DNA from: Octopus vulgaris
Taxonomy: Eukaryota
Reading direction: 5' to 3'
Length of the DNA stretch: 64,000 nucleotides
Assembly (NCBI GenBank): GCA_951406725.2
Contig: OX597825.1
Coordinates: 75,516,001-75,580,000, forward strand
The position numbers were made by a program, and so were the translations under genes. How positions within the stretch are numbered: position 1 is the first letter of the stretch; each line of letters begins with the position of its first letter. Below, in pieces: positions 11,894-24,190 of this stretch. Under the pieces are notes generated by a model, which was not told the DNA's origin, did no database searches, and saw only the letters and a program-made list of their open reading frames with translations.

Positions 11894-12250
11894 ATGCATA
11901 ATGCAATCTTAATTGCAAAATATGAATGATGGTAAAAAATTGATATGTATGTAGGCAATATGAAATAGACTATTATATAAATAAATTGATATTTTACTGT
12001 GTTCAAACTCTCCATTTTCCTTATATTATATTATATGTGGATATATATAGTTAATCCAAACATGAAAACACAAAGAAAAAGCACAACAACGCGAGGACGT
12101 GTAACAAGTATAGTGTTATTGGATGCTCAGGAAAGGAATACATGCATATACATGTATATATGCATATATATTCGCACACATATGCGCCCATGCACTCATG
12201 TACACATAGACACATGTGCATCCATACATGCACCTACCCATACATACTTA

Positions 12251-12730
12251 CAGGGGTTGGACAAAATAATGGAAACACCTTAAAATTTCAAACAAATTTA
12301 TTTTGATATCAGATAGGACTGCCTTTGGCAGTAATTATAGCTTCAATTCTATGAGGTATGGACTCGTACAAAGTTTGAATTGTTTCCAAAGGAATTTTTG
12401 TCCATTCTTTAGCTAAAACAGTCTCCAGTTCTTATAGTGGTGATGGTGGAGGATATTGACTCCTTACTGGTTTTTCTAAAATGCACCATAAATGTTCATT
12501 AATATTGAGATCTGGGAACTGTGGTGGCCAGATAAGACGTTCAACTTCACTAGAATGTTCCTTGTGTCATACATTAACAACTTTAGCAGTGTGAATTGGC
12601 GCATTATCATCCTGAAAGATTGTTTCCCTAGGGAAACAGTTCTACAGCCATAGGATGAATTTGATCAAATAAAATACTTAAATAGTCTTGACTATTAATT
12701 CTGCCATGAAGGGAAACCTGACCTATGAAT
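12251..12730 (-). mobile_element. Tc1-family transposon 3' half with TIR
   Basis: TA|CAGGGGTTGGACAAAATAATGGAAACAC terminus; minus translation FQDDNAPIHTAK..WPPQFPDLNINEHLW. Confidence 0.85.
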
Positions 12731-12864
12731 ATGAGAAAGCAGGTGTTGTATGAGTGTGCATGTTGTGTGTTGTGTATATGTGTATGTGTAGGTGTTTTGT
12801 ATGTGTGTGTGTGTGTTTGTGTGCGTGTCTGAATACTTGCACCTCTTTGGCTTGACATCAAGTA

Positions 12865-13249
12865 TCTCTCTCTATATAAACGGCAGTTTGTCTGTGTGTG
12901 TTTCTGTGTGTCTGTTTTCTCGTACCCTCACCCTGACCACGGCTTTCAACCGATTCTGATGAAACTTGACACACACATAGCCCAATGTCATAATTCAAAA
13001 CTAACACAGCGAAAATTTTGAAAAGTTCCCCCAGTTCTGAAAAAAATCGATAAATTCGACATGGGGTCGAGAATCAGAAACCCAAACCACAGACCGTCTA
13101 GGGGACGCAACTCCACCTTTTTTAACTCTCAAAAAAAGTTTACCATCATTTTTTTTCCATTTTTTTGCTATTTTTTGGCTATAACTCTCTAAAAATGCTT
13201 TATAGTTATTTCCCTTACAAACCTGAGCAACGCCGGGCGATACTGCTAG
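12865..13249 (+). mobile_element. Non-autonomous Helitron
   Basis: A|TC start, subterminal CGCCGGGCG hairpin, CTAG|T end; 3' end shared with 44653-45042. Confidence 0.8.
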
Positions 13250-14408
13250 TTAGTTATAAATGAATGTTATTGTCACAAAAGTGTTGTCTTTTGTTTCCAG
13301 TCCTTCATGGGAAAACATCTGGCCATCGAGAAATATTGCCTTCCTGGGAGGTGGTTGAGTCTTAGTGACAGAAAGAACATTCAGCTTTAGGAAACCAGCC
13401 TCAAAACATTCTGTTTGACTCATGCAAGTATGGTAAAGTGGGTGTGAAATTGGTGATTGATAGAAGGAAACAAATGGGAGGATTGAAATGAAAGGAGTGG
13501 AGTATTTCAACAATGCCATGAATCAGTACAAGACTTCTTTGTATTGTGTCATGATGAAGTGCCTCAATATAAGTACCATGTGATATGATGTCATTGAAAT
13601 GAGACACAAGTGTCTCTGTCTATACATACAGGATCTTTGATGTATATTAAATCCCTAATTTAGTATAATTAAAACTGGAGTCATTTGAATGCCTAAATGA
13701 AGTATGAAGACCTTGAAAAAGAAAGAGTGAGGGAGGGAGGGGAGAAGATTGAAATGAGATTAGTGAAGTGCCTTGCTCAAGGATATTCCTGCAACAGGAT
13801 ATAGACCAAAAATGTTCTGGCTGGAGTCAGATATTAAATATTCAATCATGAATACAGATTTTCAATTTTAAAACAGGTTTCCAAGTGTATAGCATGGTGT
13901 TCAGTCCCTCCATGTGGTACCTTGGGCAAGTGTCTTCTACTAAAGACCTGACAATTATGATGATGGTAGTATACAGAATAATATATTGGTAATAATAATA
14001 AGATTAACAAGAGAGAATGAAGGAATTCTTTGGTCTATTGATATACAGAATCAGAAAAGAAAGGAAATGAAATGGATTGAAATAAGATTAAATAAAGTCA
14101 AAGAATGTAGAATACTCCTGAAACAAACCATTCTCAAGCGTTTGACGGAGTTTCTGATACATTATAACATTAAAATTTTTTTTTTACTTCATAGTTCATT
14201 TCATTTCGTTGGAAAACTTGAAGGTTTTCTTTACCTGTATATCAATAAAACAAGGAAGAAATACTTTATTTGTTCTACCTTCATTATTATTATCAATAAA
14301 TGTATGTATATGGATGTGTGTGTGTGTGTGTGTGTATGCATGCATGTATGTGTGCGTGTATGTATGTATGTATGTATGTATGTATGTATGTATGTATGTA
14401 TGTATGTA

Positions 14409-14745
14409 TGCTTCAGTAAAGCTGGACTCAAGAGTCATCTTCATAGTCATAAAGCGAGACAGATGAGTGTCAACCTGGCCACTGGTGGTGGTGCTTCACA
14501 CCATTCTAATAATATCTGTCAGGCATGTGGAAGAGAGTGTAATTCAGCAGGAGGACTTAAACGACATGCAAAGGTACATGAAGCCCAGTTACATCTACAG
14601 CTGGCTATTACCGGTAAAGGTTTTTAGCTGCCAATTCTGTACAAGACATTGTAGATTTTTAGCTGGGCTAAAAAGTCACATTCGATCACAGCACCAATAA
14701 CAGTTAAGCTTCATGCAATACTCGATAATGAGGGGGAAGCCATCA
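14409..14745 (+). mobile_element. RTE LINE extreme 3' end encoding tandem C2H2 fingers, inserted in (TGTA)n
   Basis: CFSKAGLKSHLHSH, CQACGRECNSAGGLKRHAKVH, CQFCTRHCRFLAGLKSHIRSQH; TGTA repeats on both sides. Confidence 0.65.
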
Positions 14746-14991
14746 TGTATGTATGTATGTGTCTCTTTGTCTTGACATTATGGAAAAGTCAAAAAACCTT
14801 TCACTTCCAGTCTACTGTGAAAATATGTCAGACCATAAAGAAATACGACCTTCCTTGGAACTAGGCAAGGGTTGGTGACAGGAAGAACATCAGGCCTAGA
14901 AAATCTATCTCAACACATTCTGTTGAAACCATGCAAATATGAAAAAAAAAAAAAGATGTTATAATAAAGATGGTAACGATGATGATATAGA

Positions 14992-15152
14992 TGCAGGTAT
15001 AGCTGTTTTATTAAGAAGTTTGCTTCCCAACTATCTGGTTTCAGGTTCAGTTCCACTGCACAACACCTTGGGCAAATGTCTTCTATTATAGCCCTAGGCT
15101 GACCAGAATATTGTGAGTGGATTCAATAGACAGAAACTGAAAGAAGCCCATT
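14992..15152 (+). mobile_element. Family B SINE 5' part (diverged)
   Basis: GGTTCAGTTCC B box, CCTTGGGCAAATG CORE-like motif. Confidence 0.65.
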
Positions 15153-16077
15153 GTATATGTATGTACACGCCCACCCCCCACATGTACTAATTTATTTTGC
15201 CAGCTGCTACCTCCCTAACATGGTCAATTAGAATTGATTAAACTCCCTTTCTTATCCAGTGAGTAACTCCACCCCTACTAACACCAGTCCACCTGTGATT
15301 ATCTTAGTTGGCTTACCTACTTACCTTTTCCTTCCTCCCCTCCTCCTCTGGGATATGCCTCCAGTGTGTATAAATTTTGGTTGCTGCTTGTCTCCAACTT
15401 GTATTTCTTTGTCGATTTTCTGATGATACATTTGCTCCATGCTTGCTCTCTAAGCTGCTTCTATTGGTTGCATTTGTAGTGTGACATCATGTATTACTGA
15501 ATACTGAATCATATGTAACAAATGGAATAAAGGAGCACCAAACAATGCCCACATTTTCTCCTCTTACTATTACACACACACATATGCACACAAACACACA
15601 CATATATTATATAGGGAGAAATATATCTGTATGTGTGGTATATCATCATCATTGTTTAACATCCGCTTTCCATGCTAGCATGGGTTGGACGTTCAACTGG
15701 GGCCTGGGAAGCCAGAAGGCTACACCAGGCCCAGTCTGATAGAGTATAGGTTATATTTCTTCTTTTTTTTTCTTTTCTTTATTCCTCTCTTCCTGTTTTT
15801 GAGTTGACCTTAGAAATACATTCCCTACTTTTAGGTTACTTTAAATAAAACTCTCAGTTCAATACTACTGTGTACAAACTCTATACTTGGAACGACCAAT
15901 TTCAAATACTATTGGAATTTACTCACAAGGTATTGGAATCTTATATGTATACCATTCTGCCTAAATAATGGATCTACAGATGCAATATCCCTGCATATCT
16001 CACATCTGTTTTCATTCCTCCACTTCACTCTCAGCTAAATTCTGGTGCCTCAACTTAAGTACCATATTCATCTGAAG

Positions 16078-16109
<32 letters not shown>

Positions 16110-16739
16110 ATATTTCGGAATGGTCATATTGCCAGTTTAGCCAATAAAAATACACGCACTATATATTTGGTGTTATTTTGCTTCAGTGATATTTATTTTT
16201 TACATTAATCTTAATCTTATTTCGGCCAAAGTTCTTTCGTCACACTCCTGTGACCGCATCAGTGGTCCTTTGTTTTCTTCTCACTTACTTGTGTCTCTCC
16301 TTACTAACCGTCAGCCATTTTGTATTTCTATTGTATGTCTTCATTTGCGCATGCTTATATCTCTATGTGCGTCTATGTTTATTTAGTGTGTGGGGGGGGG
16401 ATGCCTGTAATATTTGTATCTTCTGGTTATATACATTCTTGTAATTTGTATTTTGTTTTTGTTGTTGTTGCTTTTGTTCTAATTTTGTTCATGTGTTTAC
16501 ATCCACCCATTATTATCATTACATATGCTTGTATGTATGTATAACAACAATATTAGTAATAATAATAATAAATCTAATCGAAAAAAAAAAAAAAAAAAAT
16601 ATACATATACATATATATATATACATACATATACATATACATATACATACATATATACACACATACATACACATATAGATATTCATTTCTATTTCTTTAA
16701 TTACCTGTGTATTTATTATGTTTGCAGGATCCACTATTG

Positions 16740-19142
16740 TCATATGTTGTGGTGTGCGCTATTGCTCCATTCTAGTTTTCTATTCAGGCTAGGTTTATTT
16801 TCTATTATATGTGTAGCTTCTGTAATTTGTCTAATTGTTGCATCTGTTCTATGTGTGGACAATATCTTAATCTCTATGTTATTGATTGATCCCCCGTGTT
16901 CTTGTTCGGCGTGTTGGTACAGAATCGATGAGCTTTTACCTTCCTTGAGTTGTCTCCAATGTTCATTCACCCGCTCACCGATGCTTCTTGCAGTTTCCCC
17001 TACGTATGTTACTGTCTTGTTACTGCATCGTCCCTCTATACATCTTATACTATAGACCACATTTCTGGCTTTACAGTTCGTTTGTGGGCTAAATCTACAT
17101 ACAGTGCAATAGTTATCCGTACAGAGAGTTCTACTAAAAGGATAGCTTCTACCAATTATAGATCTGATAGGGTTGCCTGGCTTTTCAACAACCTTAATTC
17201 TTAGTTTAAGTTTATCTAGGGTCCTTCTAAAGCGGTACGCTAGTTCACCTCCAGGGGTGGTGTCAACGAACATGACACTCTGGTATTTATGGCTATCATA
17301 CCAAGAGTTGGCCTTCCCTATTTTCTTTTTTGTCCTTTCTATAGTGTTCCATGACTTGTTCCTATAGAGTGGGCAAATCCCATTCCTATCATTACATAAT
17401 ATATTATCAAATTTCTTCATGGCTCCTTTGTATACTCTGATCCTTTCTTTATGGCTGTAACCTGAGAACTGCATGCGGTGAATGAAATACTGTATGTGTC
17501 TCTTTAATTCTGTAGGCTCGCACATGCGTGACACATTTCTCATTATTCTGACGAGGTCTGCCATCAAAATATTGAATTTGGCATTGCCCGCAATGGCTGA
17601 GTTCCGGTGGATCAGGTATTTTGAGGCCATAGGTTTTGCATAGTATGAATGAAGGATTTGGGTTTTATTTTTCACAATTTCTAGCCAGAGTTCAGTGTCT
17701 AGTACTGGTAGTCTATGGTTGGGGTGTTTAGTGGGGTAGTCTATTGTGACCTTAATACTCTGGTGGATGGAGTTAGCTATTTGCTGGATGCTCTCCATAG
17801 TATTAGTTTCTATTACTATATCAACAGTACTCTCTTGTGGGGGTGCCTTTACTACTATATTGATATCATCAACATAGCGAGAGTACATGTTTACGAGTAT
17901 GGATTTCTGCAGTAGGCATTCTTTAAGCCTTCTGTCCCACCATACCATGAAGAGGTTGGCCACATCACCAGCAATACTAACACCGATGGCTGCCCCCTCG
18001 TCCTGGGCATATATTTTATTATTAAATTTAAATGTGTGGCCTTTTAGGGTAACTCTTATACTAGCTCCTAGTGCATGTGCGATCATTTTCTTTACCTGAT
18101 GGACATTTGCGGGGCTCCGTATGGCTCTGGTCCATCCGCGCCATCTTTCAATATGTGTCTTCCTAGCCATAGAAGTAATTGTAGGCGGTCTACCTCTTAA
18201 ACATCTACTGGGGCAGAAACTACTAAGATTATGTTTATCTAAGTATTCACTATTATATGTCAGTCTAAGTAGGAGGCCCAGTTCTTCTGTGTCGACATTA
18301 CAGAACTCCACCTGGCTCTCGTTGATCATCTCCACGCACTTCCCCACTGCAAAATCTACGTCAATCGATGGGTATAGGGATACCACATCCATGCTACCTA
18401 CTATACATCCTGTCAAGTCACAAGTTTTGTTACAGTCACTGATCCTGCTTAGGAGATCTTCTGTGCTGTCACACACATCAGGTGACATCCTGATTATAGG
18501 GCGTATGATCATTGAGAGGAAGTAGGAGATTCTGTAATTGCTAGCGATATTCGCTCCACAGACTGGTCTTGTTGGTGGTCCTGCTATAGGGTCAGTAAAA
18601 CCTTTATGGTCCTTGCGAAGTCCATACAGTGCCGGGATATCATTGTTCCAGGCTTGGAAATTCTTTGCAGTACGTTTCTGAGGTCCCAGAACAATTGTCC
18701 ACATCATCATGTGGGCATTGAGGACCTTTTCTCTCTCCTCATGCGCCTGTACAGTTGTTACTTTTGTATTGGCGATATGAGGTTGCATTGCCTGGATGTA
18801 GTTCGGTAAGCTGTCTATTGACATCCTGCCGGACTTATCCGTGGGAAGGCATATCACCTCTCCGTTCCTCGTGCGCTGAATGAGCTTCTGTAGGCCACAT
18901 GCAGGTTTAATCCCTAGTTGTTGGGCATCTGTCTTATTCTGTCTCTGTCTCTTAATGTATAATCCTAAAATCTGTCTAAGTTTGGTCCTAGCTATAGTGA
19001 ACTGTGCTTCCATGTGGTCATTAGTACGTCTTGGGATGTATACTCTTTTGTTGAAGGGTAATGTTGTTGGATAAATTCGGTTCATGCAGTAAGTTTTGTC
19101 GCATACGTTGAAGAATTGAGTGTCAAAGGGATGGGTATACAT
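16740..19142 (-). CDS. PLE polyprotein: reverse transcriptase + Cys-rich linker + C-terminal GIY-YIG endonuclease (800 aa; frame open up to the inversion junction at ~19189)
   Basis: LYGLRKDHK..RPV, GSMDVVSLYPSI, GAAIG, RYVDD, LPVLD, CTDNYCTVC, VVYSIRC..YVGETARSIGERVNEH..E..LNRK. Confidence 0.95.
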   Translation of the reverse strand: MYTHPFDTQFFNVCDKTYCMNRIYPTTLPFNKRVYIPRRTNDHMEAQFTIARTKLRQILGLYIKRQRQNKTDAQQLGIKPACGLQKLIQRTRNGEVICLPTDKSGRMSIDSLPNYIQAMQPHIANTKVTTVQAHEEREKVLNAHMMMWTIVLGPQKRTAKNFQAWNNDIPALYGLRKDHKGFTDPIAGPPTRPVCGANIASNYRISYFLSMIIRPIIRMSPDVCDSTEDLLSRISDCNKTCDLTGCIVGSMDVVSLYPSIDVDFAVGKCVEMINESQVEFCNVDTEELGLLLRLTYNSEYLDKHNLSSFCPSRCLRGRPPTITSMARKTHIERWRGWTRAIRSPANVHQVKKMIAHALGASIRVTLKGHTFKFNNKIYAQDEGAAIGVSIAGDVANLFMVWWDRRLKECLLQKSILVNMYSRYVDDINIVVKAPPQESTVDIVIETNTMESIQQIANSIHQSIKVTIDYPTKHPNHRLPVLDTELWLEIVKNKTQILHSYYAKPMASKYLIHRNSAIAGNAKFNILMADLVRIMRNVSRMCEPTELKRHIQYFIHRMQFSGYSHKERIRVYKGAMKKFDNILCNDRNGICPLYRNKSWNTIERTKKKIGKANSWYDSHKYQSVMFVDTTPGGELAYRFRRTLDKLKLRIKVVEKPGNPIRSIIGRSYPFSRTLCTDNYCTVCRFSPQTNCKARNVVYSIRCIEGRCSNKTVTYVGETARSIGERVNEHWRQLKEGKSSSILYQHAEQEHGGSINNIEIKILSTHRTDATIRQITEATHIIENKPSLNRKLEWSNSAHHNI

Positions 19143-19188
19143 GTCAATGGTCTCTCTAGGGTTATCTTCATTATCGTTACTGTTTCCA

Positions 19189-20056
19189 ACCGGAACTCAG
19201 CCATTGCGGGCAATGCCAAATTCAATATTTTGATGGCAGACCTCGTCAGAATAATGAGAAATGTGTCACGCATGTGCGAGCCTACAGAATTAAAGAGACA
19301 CATACAGTATTTCATTCACCGCATGCAGTTCTCAGGTTACAGCCATAAAGAAAGGATCAGAGTATACAAAGGAGCCATGAAGAAATTTGATAATATATTA
19401 TGTAATGATAGGAATGGGATTTGCCCACTCTATAGGAACAAGTCATGGAACACTATAGAAAGGACAAAAAGAAAATAGGGAAGGCCAACTCTTGGTATGA
19501 TAGCCATAAATACCAGAGTGTCATGTTCGTTGACACCACCCCTGGAGGTGAACTAGCGTACCGCTTTAGAAGGACCCTAGATAAACTTAAACTAAGAATT
19601 AAGGTTGTTGAAAAGCCAGGCAACCCTATCAGATCTATAATTGGTAGAAGCTATCCTTTTAGTAGAACTCTCTGTACGGATAACTATTGCACTGTATGTA
19701 GATTTAGCCCACAAACGAACTGTAAAGCCAGAAATGTGGTCTATAGTATAAGATGTATAGAGGGACGATGCAGTAACAAGACAGTAACATACGTAGGGGA
19801 AACTGCAAGAAGCATCGGTGAGCGGGTGAATGAACATTGGAGACAACTCAAGGAAGGTAAAAGCTCATCGATTCTGTACCAACACGCCGAACAAGAACAC
19901 GGGGGATCAATCAATAACATAGAGATTAAGATATTGTCCACACATAGAATAGATGCAACAATTAGACAAATTACAGAAGCTACACATATAATAGAAAATA
20001 AACCTAGCCTGAATAGAAAACTAGAATGGAGCAATAGCGCACACCACAACATATGA
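19189..20056 (+). pseudogene. Inverted duplicate of the PLE thumb/GIY-YIG coding region with a 1-nt frameshift near 19470
   Basis: ORFs 19116-19478 and 19445-20056 reproduce the C-terminal part of the 800-aa protein. Confidence 0.9.
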
Positions 20057-20522
20057 CAATAGTGGATCCTGCAAACATAATAAATACACAGGTAATTAAA
20101 GAAATAGAAATGAATATCTATATGTGTATGTATGTGTGTATATATGTATGTATATGTATATGTATATGTATGTATATATATATATGTATATGTATATTTT
20201 TTTTTTTTTTTTCGATTAGATTTATTATTATTATTACTAATATTGTTGTTATACATACATACAAGCATATGTAATGATAATAATGGGTGGATGTAAACAC
20301 ATGAACAAAATTAGAACAAAAGCAACAACAACAAAAACAAAATACAAATTACAAGAATGTATATAACCAGAAGATACAAATATTACAGGCATCCCCCCCA
20401 CACACTAAATAAACATAGACGCACATAGAGATATAAGCATGCGCAAATGAAGACATACAATAGAAATACAAAATGGCTGACGGTTAGTAAGGAGAGACAC
20501 AAGTAAGTGAGAAGAAAACAAA

Positions 20523-20567
20523 GGACCACTGATGCGGTCACAGGAGTGTGACGAAAGAACTTTGGCC
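20523..20567 (+). ncRNA. Atypical type I hammerhead-like motif in the PLE 3' UTR
   Basis: GGACCA-CUGAUG-CG-GUCAC(aggagu)GUGAC-GAAA-G-aa-CUU-UGGCC; also at 16224-16268(-), 53387-53431(-), 55030-55074(-), 55130-55174(+). Confidence 0.5.
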
Positions 20568-20743
20568 GAAATAAGATTAAGATTAATGTAAAAAATAAAT
20601 ATCACTGAAGCAAAATAACACCAAATATATAGTGCGTGTGTTTTTATTGGCTAAACTGGCAATATGACCATTCCGAAATATAACAATATCTGTTTCAACA
20701 CACGACTTCACATAAAAAATCTTGCACAACATATATTTAAACG

Positions 20744-20777
<34 letters not shown>

Positions 20778-22831
20778 CATGCTTTCTTTTTGGAAGGGTA
20801 AAACTTAAAGCAGATGAAAGCTATAGATAATAGCATGTAAATCTTGGGTTAACAGACCCCTTGAATAAAAAAGTATGATGGCTGCCTTTGGGTCTCAGAC
20901 CCACATCTTATGTGTATATGCATCAATTATTCAGATTTTAAAACTTCTGTAATAACTGCCAAATATATTGCAATAGCTGGGATGCATTTCTTCAAAATCC
21001 TTCTACCTCCTTTGAACTTGTAATTTTGTGCCCCCCCCCTCCTTAAACACACGATCATTCAAAATACTAAGAATTGCAAAAACATTATGTATTATTTTAA
21101 CTGATGAAAGACTATTCCTTATTTTTGTCTCCTTTACAGTTTGTAAATACAGTCAAACAGACGAAAGTACAGAAATCAATGATACTCATCTCTAAGAACA
21201 TTTGATATAGAAATTCCAATCAACTTCATTTACAAAAGATCTTAAAAAACAAAAACAAAAAGGAAAATTAGTATTTGTCAAGAAGATTTACTTCATTCCA
21301 TCTACCACCATGTTACTTAATTCCTGTTGGTGTATTTTTGTCTTCATCTGTCTTCATTTTGCAAGTAAGTTCTTTTTGTTATATTTATTATTTATTTATG
21401 AAATCACTGAGTATGGCTGTGTACGATCAAGCAGTTTGTTTCCAGGTCAGTTTCTATTGTATGACACCTTGGATTATTGTCTTGTACAATAGTCTCATGT
21501 CAACCAAAGACTATGGAGTGGAATTTCATATATAAAGATTTTGTAGATTCTATTTCTGCTCCTGTTCTTGGTTTAATCTTTTTCATACTAAACTACCTGA
21601 AACTGCACCTGGTTGTATAATACAAGCTTCCTTTTAAATTTATTGAACTAAAATCAGTTTAATTTAATTATAACAAATCAATATTATATGATTTCTTCAT
21701 TGTAAAATCACATGACCTAATAATGAGCAGGATGTTGGGTTAATAATCATAAGTTTATAGGTTCAATTCCTTGATTGGGCAATGCATTATATCATTTCAT
21801 GCTTCATTTCATGTCACTCCAGACTATTCAGATGAAAATAGGTACAAGTTTATAACTGGTACTTTTTTCCAGCTGAGTTCAGTGGAGCGTAGCATTGGTG
21901 CAACCTTCTTTCTCTCTAGCTGTCACATTCATGTTGCTACACTGTATTAAGGACAGGAGGTTTCACAGGGTGTCTATGTTTACCTGTGCATACATAAAAA
22001 TCTGAAACAAATGGCAAAAGTATGTTACATGTTACCAGGTCATATCCACTTGCCAATGACAGCTCTGCTTTATTTCTATGTCATAATGAAATACTGTAAA
22101 CTAATTATAAACTCTGATAATGAATTAAGGACTTGATTACACATATAAGGATTACAAAGATTTGAGTTTATTTAAAGTATTTTAGTCTGAAGGCAAGTAT
22201 GGCTATGTGATTGAGAAGCTTATTTTAAAGTATATGGTTTTGTGTACAATCTCATTTTGCAGTACCCTGTACAAATATTTCTTTATTCTAACCTGATAAG
22301 GACTAATCTTGGACAAAATTTCATAGAAAGAAATTGAGTTTTAAACCCATCAGAGAGAGCACTTTTGTTTCTGAGTAAACCTTTCTCTCATTTTAATGAT
22401 TCTTGGGTACCTTTAGCAGAGTTCACTCTATTACAAGCAAACATGACCCTCTAGTCCCTTGGTATCTTTAATAATAATCCACTTTATTGCAAATAAATAT
22501 CACCACTTGGTCTTTGAGTACCTCTAGCATAGTCCACTCTGCTGGTATGAGTTTGGTCAAGGTATCTGGTCTAACTGTAAATATTTTTCCCTTTCTTCCA
22601 CTAGTTTTAGTGGCTTTGAAAGATCATAAAGCTCTTTCCACCAAAAATAAATAAATAGATATTATAAAAACTTGAAATAGATTTCAATTTCTATATCTAT
22701 CTTTACTTCTTTTTCTTTCAGATCATTTAAACTACTAAAGTTATTTTGTTATTACACATCTTTCCTAAGAGACATCCAAATAATCAACTTCCTTTTCTCC
22801 TTACATTTACTGAAATCTTTTTCACTACATG

Positions 22832-22879
<48 letters not shown>

Positions 22880-23786
22880 GAGAGAGAGATGAATTCATGA
22901 TCTTCGGACATAAATTCGACTGATTTAACATAGTTACAAATCCACAGAATAGAAATATTTATGTTGATTCTGCTACTATTCAGTTGTAGCAGAATCAATG
23001 CAAATAATTGTCCTTTATGTTTGAAGTTCATGAATACATCTGACAAAACGGTTTCTTTTTAATGATGTAATGCTTTCATTAAACAATTAAAGGAATCAAT
23101 GGAAATGGCTGTAATGGATTGACACCTTACCTCTTGGTTACTCACTTATATTCTATTCACCTATCCTGGAATCTGCATTTTATAAATATTATAGACAGTA
23201 TTTTTGATATCAAGTACATGTCTGAATAGCTAAGAGCAGTTTTCCTCACTTATCTGGGTCTAATTATCTGCAAGAATTGACCAATTAAGTTGTAGGGTTG
23301 AGTTTGACTTCACCCTACTACACTTAGGGGTATTAGGATTAGGTTTCTGACAATAAGTAACAAATAGTAACATTGCACTAAGGTTTTACCTAACTTTTTT
23401 GCATTGATATACTTATGTATTAAATCTCCCCTAACAGATTCAATTTCAGTTATTTCTGCCAACTCCTTTTATAATGCTATATCTATTAAATAGCAGTTAG
23501 CCTGTAACTTCTGACCCCTGTGACATGGACCATACCATTAAACTCACCACACAACATATTACCCTTGCTATTTCCCCCCAGTATAATGTAAACATGATGT
23601 AAACTGCAGCCTGTGGAAATTTCTCCTGAGAGTGATTTTATTTATTTACCATAAGATGTAATACCAAGGATTATAATAGCACCTTAAAATGAAGTTCTTA
23701 CCATTCCCTTCTATTCCATTATTTTTATTTTATCTCACTCTATTATTTTAATTTACTTTCCCACATGTTAGTTTCCTAACATGTGG

Positions 23787-23921
23787 ACTCTCTGAAGAAG
23801 CCTTGGGGCTCAACTATTGTCCAATCCCTGTCCAATGTTTGTTCATCCCTGTATATCACTGACGGGATGAGGATAACTTGGGAGATTTGGCAGCCTCATG
23901 GTAGAAAATGGCTGTAAGAGT
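23787..23921 (+). ncRNA. Type I hammerhead motif with ~105-nt stem II insertion (partly decayed)
   Basis: ACUCU-CUGAAGA...GAAA-auggcu-GUA-AGAGU; 5-bp stem I. Confidence 0.55.
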
Positions 23922-23966
23922 TTAGTATTTGTACACTCATCTATTATTATTCATCTCTTTCTATAT

Positions 23967-24129
23967 GGCAGGAGTGGCTATGTGGTAAGTAGCTTGCTTA
24001 CCAACCACATGGTTCCGGGTTCAGTCCCACTGCCTGGCACCTTGGGCAAGTGTCTTCTGCTATAACCCCGGGCCGACCAATGCCTTGTGAGTGGATTTGG
24101 TAGACGGAAACTGAAAGAAGCCTGTTGTA

Positions 24130-24190
<61 letters not shown>

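Larger units (their letters stand above)
16102..20743 (-). mobile_element. Penelope-like retroelement, 5'-truncated, with inverted duplication of its 3' 1.5 kb
   Basis: Arms 16102-17608 and 19189-20689 are near-identical reverse complements; extra 54-nt tail 20690-20743; (TA)n on both flanks. Confidence 0.95.

Noticed and set aside
14036-14247. 13-bp inverted repeat TATTGATATACAG / CTGTATATCAATA as MITE TIRs
   Set aside because: Short, AT-rich, single occurrence, no TSD; may be chance
13986-14627. 213-aa ORF with C2H2 fingers as a host zinc-finger gene
   Set aside because: Chimera of unique DNA, microsatellite and an RTE 3' end; no TGEKP linkers, and the next finger is frameshifted
15183-15544. 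Solo LTR (TG..CA with TATAAA and AATAAA)
   Set aside because: No target-site duplication and no second copy in the window; cannot be supported
16072-16101. Large PLE inserted into stem II of a hammerhead (CTGAAGA followed by (TA)n)
   Set aside because: The upstream repeat resembles the 47130 HHR family, but the GAAACAGCTGTA half is not found after 20743
16740-19142. Telomerase, or a selenoprotein-encoding Naiad-type element
   Set aside because: GIY-YIG is C-terminal and there is no in-frame TGA; no TERT-specific motifs seen
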